A stretch of DNA of 64,000 nt from Candidatus Bathyarchaeota archaeon (GCA_963828195.1 CAWHDT010000001.1:256001-320000), one strand, 5' to 3'. Counted from the first letter of the stretch, positions 31,621 through 40,624 are shown. Notes: a model not told the origin generated them from the sequence alone. Numbers and translations: made by a program.

Positions 31621-31858
31621 TTTTAAAAGAACAACAACACTCAAAAAACAACTGTTGTTCTTCTAACCGTGATTAAAACGGCTTGTTTTAGGCTGCATTT
31701 TTGAATTTTTCTATTTTGAATTCGTAGCGCTTGGTTTGATTATGGGTTAAAGATGTTTTTTCAAAAGAAGAAGCTTGGAAAAAATGTTTTTCTTCTTCTT
31801 CTTCCTTCTTGGATGATTGTTCTGTTTTAGGTTGTTTTTTGGTTTAGCGTGTTGAATT
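31621..31858 (-). repeat. Dispersed intergenic hairpin repeat, copy 2 (type A and type B hairpins)
   Basis: Reverse complement matches 6316-6496; 31621-31664 matches 61999-62044. Confidence 0.8.
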
Positions 31859-31940
31859 ATGTTGCAGGTGCATTATTGACTGTTTTCTCTACGGCAAATT
31901 TCATATACAAGCCAATTAACATAAAACGAGGTGCATACTA

Positions 31941-33005
31941 ATGAGTAATCCATACTTCAAAAAGAAACTCCAACCAATCAAAGTAAAACAGAAAAGCATC
32001 TCACAGCTTTTAGCCGACATGAGCAAAACCGCTTACCAAGGGCGCAAGCTCGGCGAAGCCGTTGATGTTTGGGAAAACATGCTTAAAGAAAAAGACCTCA
32101 CCATCGCCATGGGCTTTGCTGGCTCCATGAGCACGGCGGGGCAGTGGACAATAATCAACTGGCTTATGGAAAACCGCTTCATCGACGTGCTGGTCTCCAC
32201 CGGCGCCAACGTCTCCGAAGACATCGTTGACGCCATGGGGTTAGGTTACTATCAAGGCAGCCACATGGTAAACGATGAGCAACTTCTCCACGACGACGTC
32301 AACCGATACTACGACGTATACGGCAAAGAAACCGACTACCGAGAAATGGAAACCCTCGTAACAGACTTCGTCATGACCTGCAAAACCGACTACAACTACA
32401 CCTCAGCCGAATTCCTCTATCTGCTAGGCAAATACTTGGAAAAGAAAAAAATCCCCGCCATCTCCGCAGTCGCAGCAGCCAACGGCGTCCCAATCTTCAG
32501 CCCAGCTATGGTTGACAGCGCCTACGGCGAAACCTTCTTGATGGCGAAAAACCAAGGCCACAACGTCACAATTGACTCCGTTAAAGAGTTCGACCAGTTC
32601 GTCAGCATAGGCACAAGAACCAAGGAGGTCGGCGTTGTCTATATCGGCGGCGGAGTCCCCAAAGACCTCACCCAGCTCATCGCCATCTCAGTCTCACCGC
32701 TCACATGTGACCAAGGAGTAAAAGGCAGAAAAGGCGGCTTACGCAAAGGCTTACAGGAATACTACTACCCCCACAAATACGCCATACAAATAACCACAGA
32801 CTCACCCCAATGGGGCGGCTTAAGCGGCTGCACACTGGAAGAAGCCATCAGCTGGGGCAAAATCAACAGCCAAGAAGGAACACGAGCAGTCTGCTACTGC
32901 GACGCAACCATCGCGCTGCCGTTAATAGCCCACGCACTCTGCGAGCGGGTTCCAGAAAAACGCAAAGGACCAGACATGAGCTGGCTATTCAAAGGCGTCC
33001 AATAA
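31941..33005 (+). CDS. Deoxyhypusine synthase paralog (homospermidine synthase/SpeY-like)
   Basis: LVSTGAN, IGGGVPKD, YAIQITTDSPQWGGLSGCTLEEAISWGK, DATIALP. Confidence 0.88.
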   Translation: MSNPYFKKKLQPIKVKQKSISQLLADMSKTAYQGRKLGEAVDVWENMLKEKDLTIAMGFAGSMSTAGQWTIINWLMENRFIDVLVSTGANVSEDIVDAMGLGYYQGSHMVNDEQLLHDDVNRYYDVYGKETDYREMETLVTDFVMTCKTDYNYTSAEFLYLLGKYLEKKKIPAISAVAAANGVPIFSPAMVDSAYGETFLMAKNQGHNVTIDSVKEFDQFVSIGTRTKEVGVVYIGGGVPKDLTQLIAISVSPLTCDQGVKGRKGGLRKGLQEYYYPHKYAIQITTDSPQWGGLSGCTLEEAISWGKINSQEGTRAVCYCDATIALPLIAHALCERVPEKRKGPDMSWLFKGVQ

Positions 33006-33052
33006 ACCACCAATTTTTAATTTTTATTACCTAAACTGATGGCTCAGGTATA

Positions 33053-33090
33053 GTGCAGAGGGTTAGGTTTACATTCACGTTTAAATTTCA
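33053..33090 (-). repeat. 38-bp conserved cassette-end site, copy 2
   Basis: Reverse complement TGAAATTTAAACGTGAATGTAAACCTAACCCTCTGCAC. Confidence 0.85.
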
Positions 33091-33138
33091 GGCAACGAGC
33101 CGCGAGCAGTTTGTCATAATCGAAATTAATCAAAGGTA

Positions 33139-33933
33139 TCAGGAGATGCTCTTTGACTTACGTTTCCTGTTACGAATATACAAAACCGATGCGCCAGCTG
33201 CCACAACTGCTACCACGGCTGCAACGACAACGTAAATGGCAAGAGTTGTGGTTGAAAGAGTGGAAGATGGAGCAAGTGTGGCAATTGGCCCGATGGGACT
33301 TTCCTCCCACCATGCGACAGTCGAATTGACTGTTTCGACTGCCTGAGACATTTCTTGTTGAGTGAGTCCTCCAGAATCAGTAATTGTCTGGTTTGCCTGC
33401 AGCAAGACGGTGCTGTTACTTGCGACGTCTTGAACCTCAACCAAGCCCTCAATTACCATCACATTAGCGCTGCCATTCTCATATGCTGTCGCAGTAAATT
33501 CAGTTCCTCGAATCCCAACAACAGCGCTGTCACCAATATCAGCTTCCCAATTATCGGATCCACCGGTCGCGCTTTGGATGTTTGCCCATTGAGTACCAAG
33601 CCAGAGCAATAAGCGGTAATGGTGGTGAGGGTCTATATAAGTGACATTGGTATTCTGGCCTAATAGGATTTTACCGCCTGAGAATTGCACTAACAGTACA
33701 CTATTCGGTCCTGTCATTATCATGTCCCCTGTACTTATAGTGTCAGAGGGAACTAAAGGTGTCCATTGAATGCCTCCGTTGGTGCTTATCTCCACTGTCC
33801 CAGATATCCCTTGAATGGTAATAGGTTGCTCTGTGGACCCATTAACTGCGGGTACAAGTGCTGGAATTGATGTGAATGCTGCCGCTACTATGATAGCCGC
33901 CATGATTAATGCCATACTATAACTGTAGCCCAC
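33139..33933 (-). CDS. FecR-domain surface protein with signal peptide and C-terminal TM
   Basis: G.VE......W..L.....I.TGD.I.TG.NS, AVVGIRGTEF, V.VIEG.VEV. Confidence 0.78.
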   Translation of the reverse strand: MGYSYSMALIMAAIIVAAAFTSIPALVPAVNGSTEQPITIQGISGTVEISTNGGIQWTPLVPSDTISTGDMIMTGPNSVLLVQFSGGKILLGQNTNVTYIDPHHHYRLLLWLGTQWANIQSATGGSDNWEADIGDSAVVGIRGTEFTATAYENGSANVMVIEGLVEVQDVASNSTVLLQANQTITDSGGLTQQEMSQAVETVNSTVAWWEESPIGPIATLAPSSTLSTTTLAIYVVVAAVVAVVAAGASVLYIRNRKRKSKSIS

Positions 33934-34226
33934 ACTTGCGCCCTCTGCAAAGTTCTTCCAAGTAAAAGCTTTCCATCTCTAATTTAAAACCTTTGCAAAT
34001 ATGCCTAAAGAGTCGGTTAGATACAAAGTTGCACAAATCAAGCAACTTAAGGTTAGATGAGGTGCATCCATCGTATTCGAAGCATGCCGTATCCCATTGA
34101 TCAGGCGCTTGTTAGAATAAGTACATGAACCCTTGAAATCATGTCTAAACTTAGCGCGCGATTCGCGAAAAGGCTTTACTTTCAAAATAGGTAGTATTGA
34201 GGCTTTATTTGGCAAAATGGGCAAAG

Positions 34227-34311
34227 TGCGGAGGGTGGGATTTGAACCCACGAACCCCTGCGGGATAGGCGTCTCAGTCTAACGTTTTGGCTATGTTTAG
34301 CAGAACTCCCG
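34227..34311 (-). pseudogene. tRNA-Leu(GAG) pseudo-copy / att-like site
   Basis: 34223-34269 is identical (47 bp) to 21177-21223; the 5' half is degenerate and the anticodon stem does not pair. Confidence 0.85.
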
Positions 34312-34465
34312 ATTGGTTGATAAGCCGATGCTGCTTTGCTGTTTTTTTGAGCTTGTCTCCACTTGTCTTTTCCACATAGATATGATAGGTTGCTGCGATT
34401 AGTAGAAGTATAATTGATGGGACAAACGTGATGACGGACGAATCTGAGAAGGCGTCAGTGGCCGT
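34312..34465 (-). pseudogene. Remnant of a PIN-domain (VapC) toxin
   Basis: Overlaps the antitoxin stop; reads (ACG)ATDAFSDSSVI, resembling the PIN N-terminal 'D.SV' motif; start lost and body truncated. Confidence 0.45.
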
Positions 34466-34688
34466 GGTCTCTGTCTTCCCTGATAATGTCAGCGGACGAT
34501 GCAGTAACACCTGTCTTTTTTTCAAGCTCAATGCTGAACTTCTCAGTTTCTTTCAAGACGCGCTTTAGCTTCTCAACCTTAACTTTTCTTTCAAGGCATT
34601 CCCTGACATCATCTGCATAGTCTAAATTGAGCTCTTGAAGTTCATCCGTAAGTCTTTTCGGAACTCTGACCACAATTACATCGCTCAT
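34455..34688 (-). CDS. VapB-like ribbon-helix-helix antitoxin
   Basis: MSDVIVVRVPK.L..EL, C-terminal SSADIIREDRD typical of archaeal VapB. Confidence 0.75.
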   Translation of the reverse strand: MSDVIVVRVPKRLTDELQELNLDYADDVRECLERKVKVEKLKRVLKETEKFSIELEKKTGVTASSADIIREDRDHGH

Positions 34689-34778
34689 AATAACAGTTCT
34701 CTGTAAACTAGAATAAAAAAATAATTGTCAACAGAAAGTTAACACGAAAATTAAAAAACAGCTGTCATGCGTTATCTA

Positions 34779-35750
34779 TTAGACATTTTTCTTTTTGTTA
34801 AGTCTATCTATTAGCGACGCCGTCATTATTGGCATTATTACGGTTGCGTCGCCTTCAATCATTATGCGTCGTGCTTTTTCGTTGATTTTTCCCCATGAAA
34901 CCGCTTCGCGTGGGCGTGCACCGCTGAGGCTTCCGTCCCACTCGTCTGCCGTGGTTATGTAGACGACGTAGTCTAAGCCGTCTTTGAATTGGTTCCACCA
35001 GATCGTGTGGTGTTTGCTGATGCCTCCGCCGACGATGAGGGCGCCGCTTTTTTTTGCGTCAAAAACGATATTGTTGAGGTCGCCTTCGTCTTTTAGCAGG
35101 TTAATTCTGAAGTCATGGTGGTCTTGGCTGAAGAACCAGAGTTGGTAGCCTACTGACCCATCAGTTATGCCGGGCACGAAGACGGGGATGCCGTGTTTGG
35201 CTGCCCAATAAAGAATCGAGGTTTCATTGCAGCATCGCAAACCGATTTCGCGGCATAACTCTGTGGTCGAGAGTTCTTTCTTGCCTTCTTTGTACAGTTC
35301 TTCAAGCAGCCCGATAATTTTTTTCTCTATAATCATGCCGTAGCTGTCGTTTGGAACAAGCACGTTTCCCAGGCGGTTTAAGCCTTCACGGTGCAGTTTG
35401 GAGTCGTTCATTATGAAGCTGCCTTTGTAGTAGTCTTTCCAGCAGCGGGCAACATCGTGGTCTAATGTCCCGCAGGTTGTTATGATTACGTTGACGAGTC
35501 TGCGTTTAACCATCTCTTTGATGACGCCTCTGGTTCCCGTGGCTACTATGTCTGCTGGAAACGATAGGAATTTGACGCAGCCCTCCGTTTTAATCATGGA
35601 TTCCATGATGCTGACGCCTGTGGCAAGTTTGCCAGCGGTGAACCCCCATGCCTTATCCATCTGGTTAACAAGCTCGTCCACCGACATCTGCTCGGTAAAC
35701 TGGTAATCTTTCACTGGTTCTTTGTGCTGTTTATGCGCTGTTTTCGGCAT
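34779..35750 (-). CDS. dys: Deoxyhypusine synthase
   Basis: ITTCGTLDHD, NRLGNVLVPN, DGSVG, GGGISKHH, DGSLSGARPREAVSWGK. Confidence 0.93.
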   Translation of the reverse strand: MPKTAHKQHKEPVKDYQFTEQMSVDELVNQMDKAWGFTAGKLATGVSIMESMIKTEGCVKFLSFPADIVATGTRGVIKEMVKRRLVNVIITTCGTLDHDVARCWKDYYKGSFIMNDSKLHREGLNRLGNVLVPNDSYGMIIEKKIIGLLEELYKEGKKELSTTELCREIGLRCCNETSILYWAAKHGIPVFVPGITDGSVGYQLWFFSQDHHDFRINLLKDEGDLNNIVFDAKKSGALIVGGGISKHHTIWWNQFKDGLDYVVYITTADEWDGSLSGARPREAVSWGKINEKARRIMIEGDATVIMPIMTASLIDRLNKKKNV

Positions 35751-35815
35751 AACGAATAGCTCCTTGCACTGGATAAATCAATGTTACAATAAATAGGTGT
35801 CGAAACGTCTCTGAG

Positions 35816-36706
35816 CTATTCTGATAGGTAGCTGATGATTCGCTGGTAAATGTCGTGGTCCATTGAGTCTTCGTAGCCCGCGTAGATGCTTGGGTTATCG
35901 TTAACTTCGACCACAACGTAGTCGCCGTCTACTTCTTTGATGTCCACGCCGTAGAGCCCTTTACCAACTACACTGCAAGCCTTCAACGCTACTTCCCTAA
36001 GTCTCGTCGGCAGTTCTTGCTTATGCAAGCTAACAGTTCTGCCCCAAATAACGGTTGGTTTACCCCGCAGTTTGGCGCCGTGCTTCCATTTACCCTTCGG
36101 AATCATGTACTTGCACACGTAGAGTATATCGTTGTTTAGTACGCCGACTCTCCAGTCAAAAGCCGTGGGAGTAAACTTTTGAATCGCTAAAACATCCGAT
36201 TTCTTAAAGAACCGTTTTGCTACATCTCTAAAGTTGGTTTCGCAGGCGGCTTTCTCGACGTAGCGGGAGAAACTTGTGTAGGGCGCCTTGATGACTACGG
36301 GTTTTCCCAGTGCTTCGAATATGTCGCTGATTTTTTTGTGGTGCAGTTCATCTTTGCTCAAGAAGATGGTGGGTATGTAGGGTACATTGTACTTTTCGAA
36401 TAATGCGTACTGATGGATTTTGTTGCCGCAAATAGTTATGGATTCAGGGTCATCAATAACTCTCAAGCCCAGCTCCCACGCCGTTTTAGACACAACATAG
36501 GCTGTGTTCAACGGGTCAGTTGTTGCCCTAATGAAGACCGCGTCAAATTTAGCGACGTCGGAGATGTCTTCACGAAACAGAAAATGAAATTCGCTTCCCT
36601 GTTTCTCCGCGGCTAACCTGAAGTTTTGGAGTGCGCCTTCCTCTCGGGGGTCAGTAAAATTATATTTCTCAACAAAGCAGGCGATTTTAGACACCGAAGG
36701 GTTCAC
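35816..36706 (-). CDS. RimK-family ATP-grasp ligase
   Basis: FIRATT, VIDDP.SI..C.NK, KAPYTSFS, DWRVGVL, GLYGVDIK, EVNDNP. Confidence 0.9.
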   Translation of the reverse strand: MNPSVSKIACFVEKYNFTDPREEGALQNFRLAAEKQGSEFHFLFREDISDVAKFDAVFIRATTDPLNTAYVVSKTAWELGLRVIDDPESITICGNKIHQYALFEKYNVPYIPTIFLSKDELHHKKISDIFEALGKPVVIKAPYTSFSRYVEKAACETNFRDVAKRFFKKSDVLAIQKFTPTAFDWRVGVLNNDILYVCKYMIPKGKWKHGAKLRGKPTVIWGRTVSLHKQELPTRLREVALKACSVVGKGLYGVDIKEVDGDYVVVEVNDNPSIYAGYEDSMDHDIYQRIISYLSE

Positions 36707-37388
36707 CCTGCTCAGAAATGAGCGAGACCTCTTTTGAAATTATTCGCAAATCTTGTTCGGAAAGCTCCTCTCTACTTACGGGTTGCAGTCCACAAAGATA
36801 AGCTTTTTCAACTGTTTTTTGTATGTGCAGTTTGCAAAGTGGGATTTTGAAGGTTGCAAAAACTTTTTCCGCAATTTTCTGGGTCTGCGAATCTTGGCTG
36901 ACTGTTTTGCCGAAGAAAGATTTGACTGAGAACAATTCGCCTTTTAGGGGTTGGGCGCAGACGGCGAATTTGTAGTTCATACCTAAGCTTTTCATGGCGC
37001 GGTACAGGGAGCTTCGGTTGTTTGCGAGTTTGTAGCCGTCGTAAATGAAGGGATTTACAGCGAACAGGATGACTGGGAATCCAAGTTCGTTGGTTATTTT
37101 TTTGACGGAGTCTGTAACGAGGAAAGGCAGTGTTGGTACCCCGTTTTTGGCTGCTCTGAGAAGAAGAATTGGGGTTCTGCTTGAGTCAATGATGTTTTCG
37201 CAAGAAGGAATCACTTGGCTGCCGAGGATTTCAGCGTGCATAGAAACGTAGTAGCCTGTTTTGAGGTATCGGTATTCGTTGTTGATGTTGAGAGTGGCTT
37301 CTTTGATTGTGGAATCTAGAAACGTCGCGGGCTTCATTACATGCGAATTAGAGGTTAGGTTGATATTTGAGACGACCAACACGGTCAT
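36687..37388 (-). CDS. RLAN (RimK-like ATP-grasp N-terminal) domain protein with a degenerate ATP-grasp
   Basis: N....YRYL.TGYYVS.HAE..G..V.PS motif. Confidence 0.8.
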   Translation of the reverse strand: MTVLVVSNINLTSNSHVMKPATFLDSTIKEATLNINNEYRYLKTGYYVSMHAEILGSQVIPSCENIIDSSRTPILLLRAAKNGVPTLPFLVTDSVKKITNELGFPVILFAVNPFIYDGYKLANNRSSLYRAMKSLGMNYKFAVCAQPLKGELFSVKSFFGKTVSQDSQTQKIAEKVFATFKIPLCKLHIQKTVEKAYLCGLQPVSREELSEQDLRIISKEVSLISEQGEPFGV

Positions 37389-37512
37389 GAGACACCAGGT
37401 TACTTAGAAGGCGTTATTCGTGGAGTTATATTTAAGATTAACTATACGTATATTCGCATCTGCAATTACCGCTAAACAAAAAGAGGCATAGACAACGTAT
37501 AAACCGCTTGAA

Positions 37513-38682
37513 GTGCTTGGGCCCGAACATGAATTTTCACTTGTAAACCCCGAACTGAAAGTTTTGCCCATATCCGACAAAATCATAAAAGAGTACTCTG
37601 GAAAAATAATTAATTTCATTGAGTTGCCCTCTTTTACGTTTGGAAAAGAACTGCAGCTGCATGTGATGGAGATAAAAGCGAACGAGCCGTTCAAGTCACC
37701 GATAGAATTTGAGGAAAGAATGCAGAACGCAGTCTCAACCTTAAACCAAATAGTTCACAGGCACAAGGGCATGCTGCTTGGAACCGGTATGCATCCGCTG
37801 CTTAAACTTGACGAGACCGCGGTTTGGCCTCACTACCACAGGAAAATCTATCAGGAATACGGCAAAATCTTCAACCTGAACCAACACGGATGGCTAAACA
37901 TCCAAAGCTTTCACCTGAACCTTCCATTCCAAAGAGAAGCTGATGGAATCCAGATGCATAATTTGCTCGCTAACCTCTGCGCTTATCTTCCTGCAGTCGC
38001 TGCTTCCTCGCCGATTTACGAAGGCGCAGCTGGCCCCGACGTTGACAATCGACTGCAATTCTACGGGGTGAACCAAAGAGAAATCCCGTCGGTTGCGGGC
38101 GAGGTCATCCCTCAATATGCTGACTCGTTTAGCCAGTATAAGCGCGATGTTATTGGACGGTACTCCGAGGATTTAGCTAAAGCGGGTGCAAGCAAAGCCC
38201 TGCTCTCGCGCGAATGGGTTAATTCAAGAGGTGTAATTTTCCGTTTTGACCGCCGCGCCCTCGAAGTTCGGGTGATGGATGAGCAGGAATGCGTTAAATC
38301 CGATGTTGCTTTGAGCTGTTTCATCCGTGCCGCCCTAAGAGGTTTAGTTGCCACTAAGGCTGAGCTTTTGCCGCATGACTTGTTAGTTAAAGACTTCAAC
38401 GCGGTGGTTAAGGAGGGGTTAAACGCTCAAGTCTCAAATTCCCTTGGCAAAACGGCAAAGCAAGTGTGTCGTGGCTACTTGGATTTAGCCCTTGAATACG
38501 CGGATGAAGATGAGAAAAAGTACCTTTGGATCATTAAGAAGCGGCTGGACCAAGGCAGCTTATCTGACCTCATACGCGCCAGAGTCCTAAAGCGCGCCCA
38601 AAAAACTGATTTTCATCAAGCAGTCATAAACGTATATTCAACCCTTATTAAGTGCCTCTCCGATAATGAACCCTACTTCTAA
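37513..38682 (+). CDS. Glutamate--cysteine ligase (GCS2/YbdK)-family carboxylate-amine ligase
   Basis: GPEHEF, KELQLHVMEIK, GMHP, HGWLNIQSFHLN, NSRG..RFDR.A.EVRVMDEQEC. Confidence 0.88.
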   Translation: MLGPEHEFSLVNPELKVLPISDKIIKEYSGKIINFIELPSFTFGKELQLHVMEIKANEPFKSPIEFEERMQNAVSTLNQIVHRHKGMLLGTGMHPLLKLDETAVWPHYHRKIYQEYGKIFNLNQHGWLNIQSFHLNLPFQREADGIQMHNLLANLCAYLPAVAASSPIYEGAAGPDVDNRLQFYGVNQREIPSVAGEVIPQYADSFSQYKRDVIGRYSEDLAKAGASKALLSREWVNSRGVIFRFDRRALEVRVMDEQECVKSDVALSCFIRAALRGLVATKAELLPHDLLVKDFNAVVKEGLNAQVSNSLGKTAKQVCRGYLDLALEYADEDEKKYLWIIKKRLDQGSLSDLIRARVLKRAQKTDFHQAVINVYSTLIKCLSDNEPYF

Positions 38683-38687
38683 AAGCG

Positions 38688-39242
38688 GTGCCTCAAATGC
38701 CTGAAGACAACAAAGGAGTTACCTACTCGTTTGATGTTTGTAGCCGATGCAAAATTATCTGCTGCCAAGACGCTAAACCGCCGCTGAGCGAAAAAAGAAA
38801 AAAAATAATAAAAAAATACCTTGAAAAGCAAAAGCTAAACATTGAACAACCATTCGCCAAAGAACAATATTCTTACCCTGCAGTTGACGAACAGGTTTTC
38901 TGCGGGCTTTTCAACAAAGAAACAGGAAAATGCTCGGTTCACCCGGTTAAGCCTGAAACTTGCAGAGCTGGACCCGTAACGTTTGACATAAACTTTTCAA
39001 CCAAAAAAATTGAATGGTTCCTCAAAAAACCCGAAATCTGCGGTTACGCGGGCATTTTGTACAGCAACAAAACTGATTTCAAGGATCATTTTGAAGTAGC
39101 TAAAAAAGAACTAACCCAACTTATCAAAGAATTAGATCCGCAGGAGCTACGTGTAATCTTGAAGATTGCTGAGCCCCATACATTCAAAATCGGAGAGGAC
39201 GACTTGCCTTTAGAAGTTGTGAAAAAGCTTGGGCTGAATTAA
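38688..39242 (+). CDS. YkgJ-family (CxxC..CC) Fe-S/Zn cluster protein
   Basis: CSRCKIICC, C.LF......CSVH..KPETCRAGP. Confidence 0.85.
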   Translation: MPQMPEDNKGVTYSFDVCSRCKIICCQDAKPPLSEKRKKIIKKYLEKQKLNIEQPFAKEQYSYPAVDEQVFCGLFNKETGKCSVHPVKPETCRAGPVTFDINFSTKKIEWFLKKPEICGYAGILYSNKTDFKDHFEVAKKELTQLIKELDPQELRVILKIAEPHTFKIGEDDLPLEVVKKLGLN

Positions 39243-39243
39243 C

Positions 39244-39573
39244 TTAGAGGAAGCCTGCGTCCCTTAATTTTAAGGCCAAATTCAGGTTTCCCTCAAAATG
39301 AATTTTGCCACTGAAAAAAGCTGCTTCTACACCAAGTTTTCCGTTTACAACATCAATAAAATCTTTTTCGTTCATTTTCAGAGTTAAGGTGGGGGAAAGT
39401 GTGGTTCCTTCTTTAACCTGCAATTTTTGGTCTTTTATGGCGATTACCCAGTCGCCACCGTTTACGCCGGTTACGTTTATTTGGGCTACGATATCGATTT
39501 CTGCGGCTTTTTCAGGGTTAAATCTTGCCGGTAAAGCTTTTTCGAAGAAATCCTTAGGGTTTTTGGCTTCCAT
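39244..39573 (-). CDS. SCP2 sterol/lipid-binding domain protein
   Basis: GG.W.I.IKD, AFFSGKI.FEGNL.LA.KL. Confidence 0.85.
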   Translation of the reverse strand: MEAKNPKDFFEKALPARFNPEKAAEIDIVAQINVTGVNGGDWVIAIKDQKLQVKEGTTLSPTLTLKMNEKDFIDVVNGKLGVEAAFFSGKIHFEGNLNLALKLRDAGFL

Positions 39574-39630
39574 ACTAGACAGCTCTTGATTGCTATAATT
39601 TATTCTGTTAGGTTATTGAATATAGTGGAT

Positions 39631-40389
39631 TTATCTGAAGAGGTCTTTTTCCTTTGATCGTATAAGGGGAACGGTATGTGCGTCTTCGGTTGTTTGGTAA
39701 CTGTACCCTCGGATAATCGCGGCTGGTATCCCTTCACTCGCTTGACCAATCACTAGTTCCGCTGCAGAAGACAATTCGTCGGCTATTGCAGTTTGCTTTA
39801 TTCTTAGAACATATCCAAAGAGGTCTTTCTCGCCTCGTCGGTCTCTTATAGGCTTGATTCCTGCGACGCCAACTGCCACATTTATTTCCCCCAAACGCAG
39901 CGGTCTTCCATGCGTATCAGAAACGATTACTGCAACATTAGCTCCGGTTAACCGTTTTATTTCTTGTCGTATGTTTTGTGCGGAGGCGTTTGGGTTTTTT
40001 GGCAGTGGAACGACGTTGCTGTCTCCTGAAACATTGGATCTGTCTACCCCGGCGTTGGCGCAAATTACTCCGCTTTTTGTTTCTGTTATAATGCTGTTTT
40101 GTCCGATTCGGACTATTTCTTTGGTTTCTCTAAGGATAACCTCAACTAAAGCCGGATCCTTGTTTGTTTGCTGTGCTATCTCCTTCGCTTTTTTTGAAGG
40201 TTCAACTTCGTTTAGGTTAACTATGTTCCCCTCAGCTTTTGACACAACTACGTGCGTGACTACCATTACATCGTTTTCTTCTATAGGTGTGCCTTGTTTT
40301 TCTGCTGCGTTGCAAAGGAGCTTTGCAAGGGCATCTCCTTTTTTTATCAGCGGCAGATTTTCAATGGCGATTATTTTTATGGCATCCAC
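39631..40389 (-). CDS. cofE: Coenzyme F420-0:L-glutamate ligase
   Basis: PLI.KGD.L, VVSKAEG, ANAGVDRSN, DTHGRPLR.G, DLFG..L, ADEL..AA.LV.G; start is GTG 40389 (the longer ORF runs into the IS). Confidence 0.93.
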   Translation of the reverse strand: MDAIKIIAIENLPLIKKGDALAKLLCNAAEKQGTPIEENDVMVVTHVVVSKAEGNIVNLNEVEPSKKAKEIAQQTNKDPALVEVILRETKEIVRIGQNSIITETKSGVICANAGVDRSNVSGDSNVVPLPKNPNASAQNIRQEIKRLTGANVAVIVSDTHGRPLRLGEINVAVGVAGIKPIRDRRGEKDLFGYVLRIKQTAIADELSSAAELVIGQASEGIPAAIIRGYSYQTTEDAHTVPLIRSKEKDLFR

Positions 40390-40624
40390 TTCTATGTTCC
40401 CCCTGGATTGAGATGGCATACAGAAAATCACATTAAAGCTTATCTGTATTGCTCTCTCTGGAACTGTAAAGTCTGTTCTACATTTATCCCTGATGGTTTT
40501 CTCTGTAAAGTTTTGAGGCATAATTGTTTTTCTGCTTTTTTGGAAGGGGCTGTAACTAAAAAGAACGTCCCAATTTATCCTGTTTTGGCAAAGCCTAAAT
40601 ACGAAATTGGAACAATCAAGTTGC

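Noticed and set aside
33941-34710. CTCTGCAAAGTTCT (33943) and TTCTCTGTAAA (~34697) resembling the IS6 ends
   Set aside because: Matches are short, in the same orientation, and have no TSD; chance similarity cannot be excluded.
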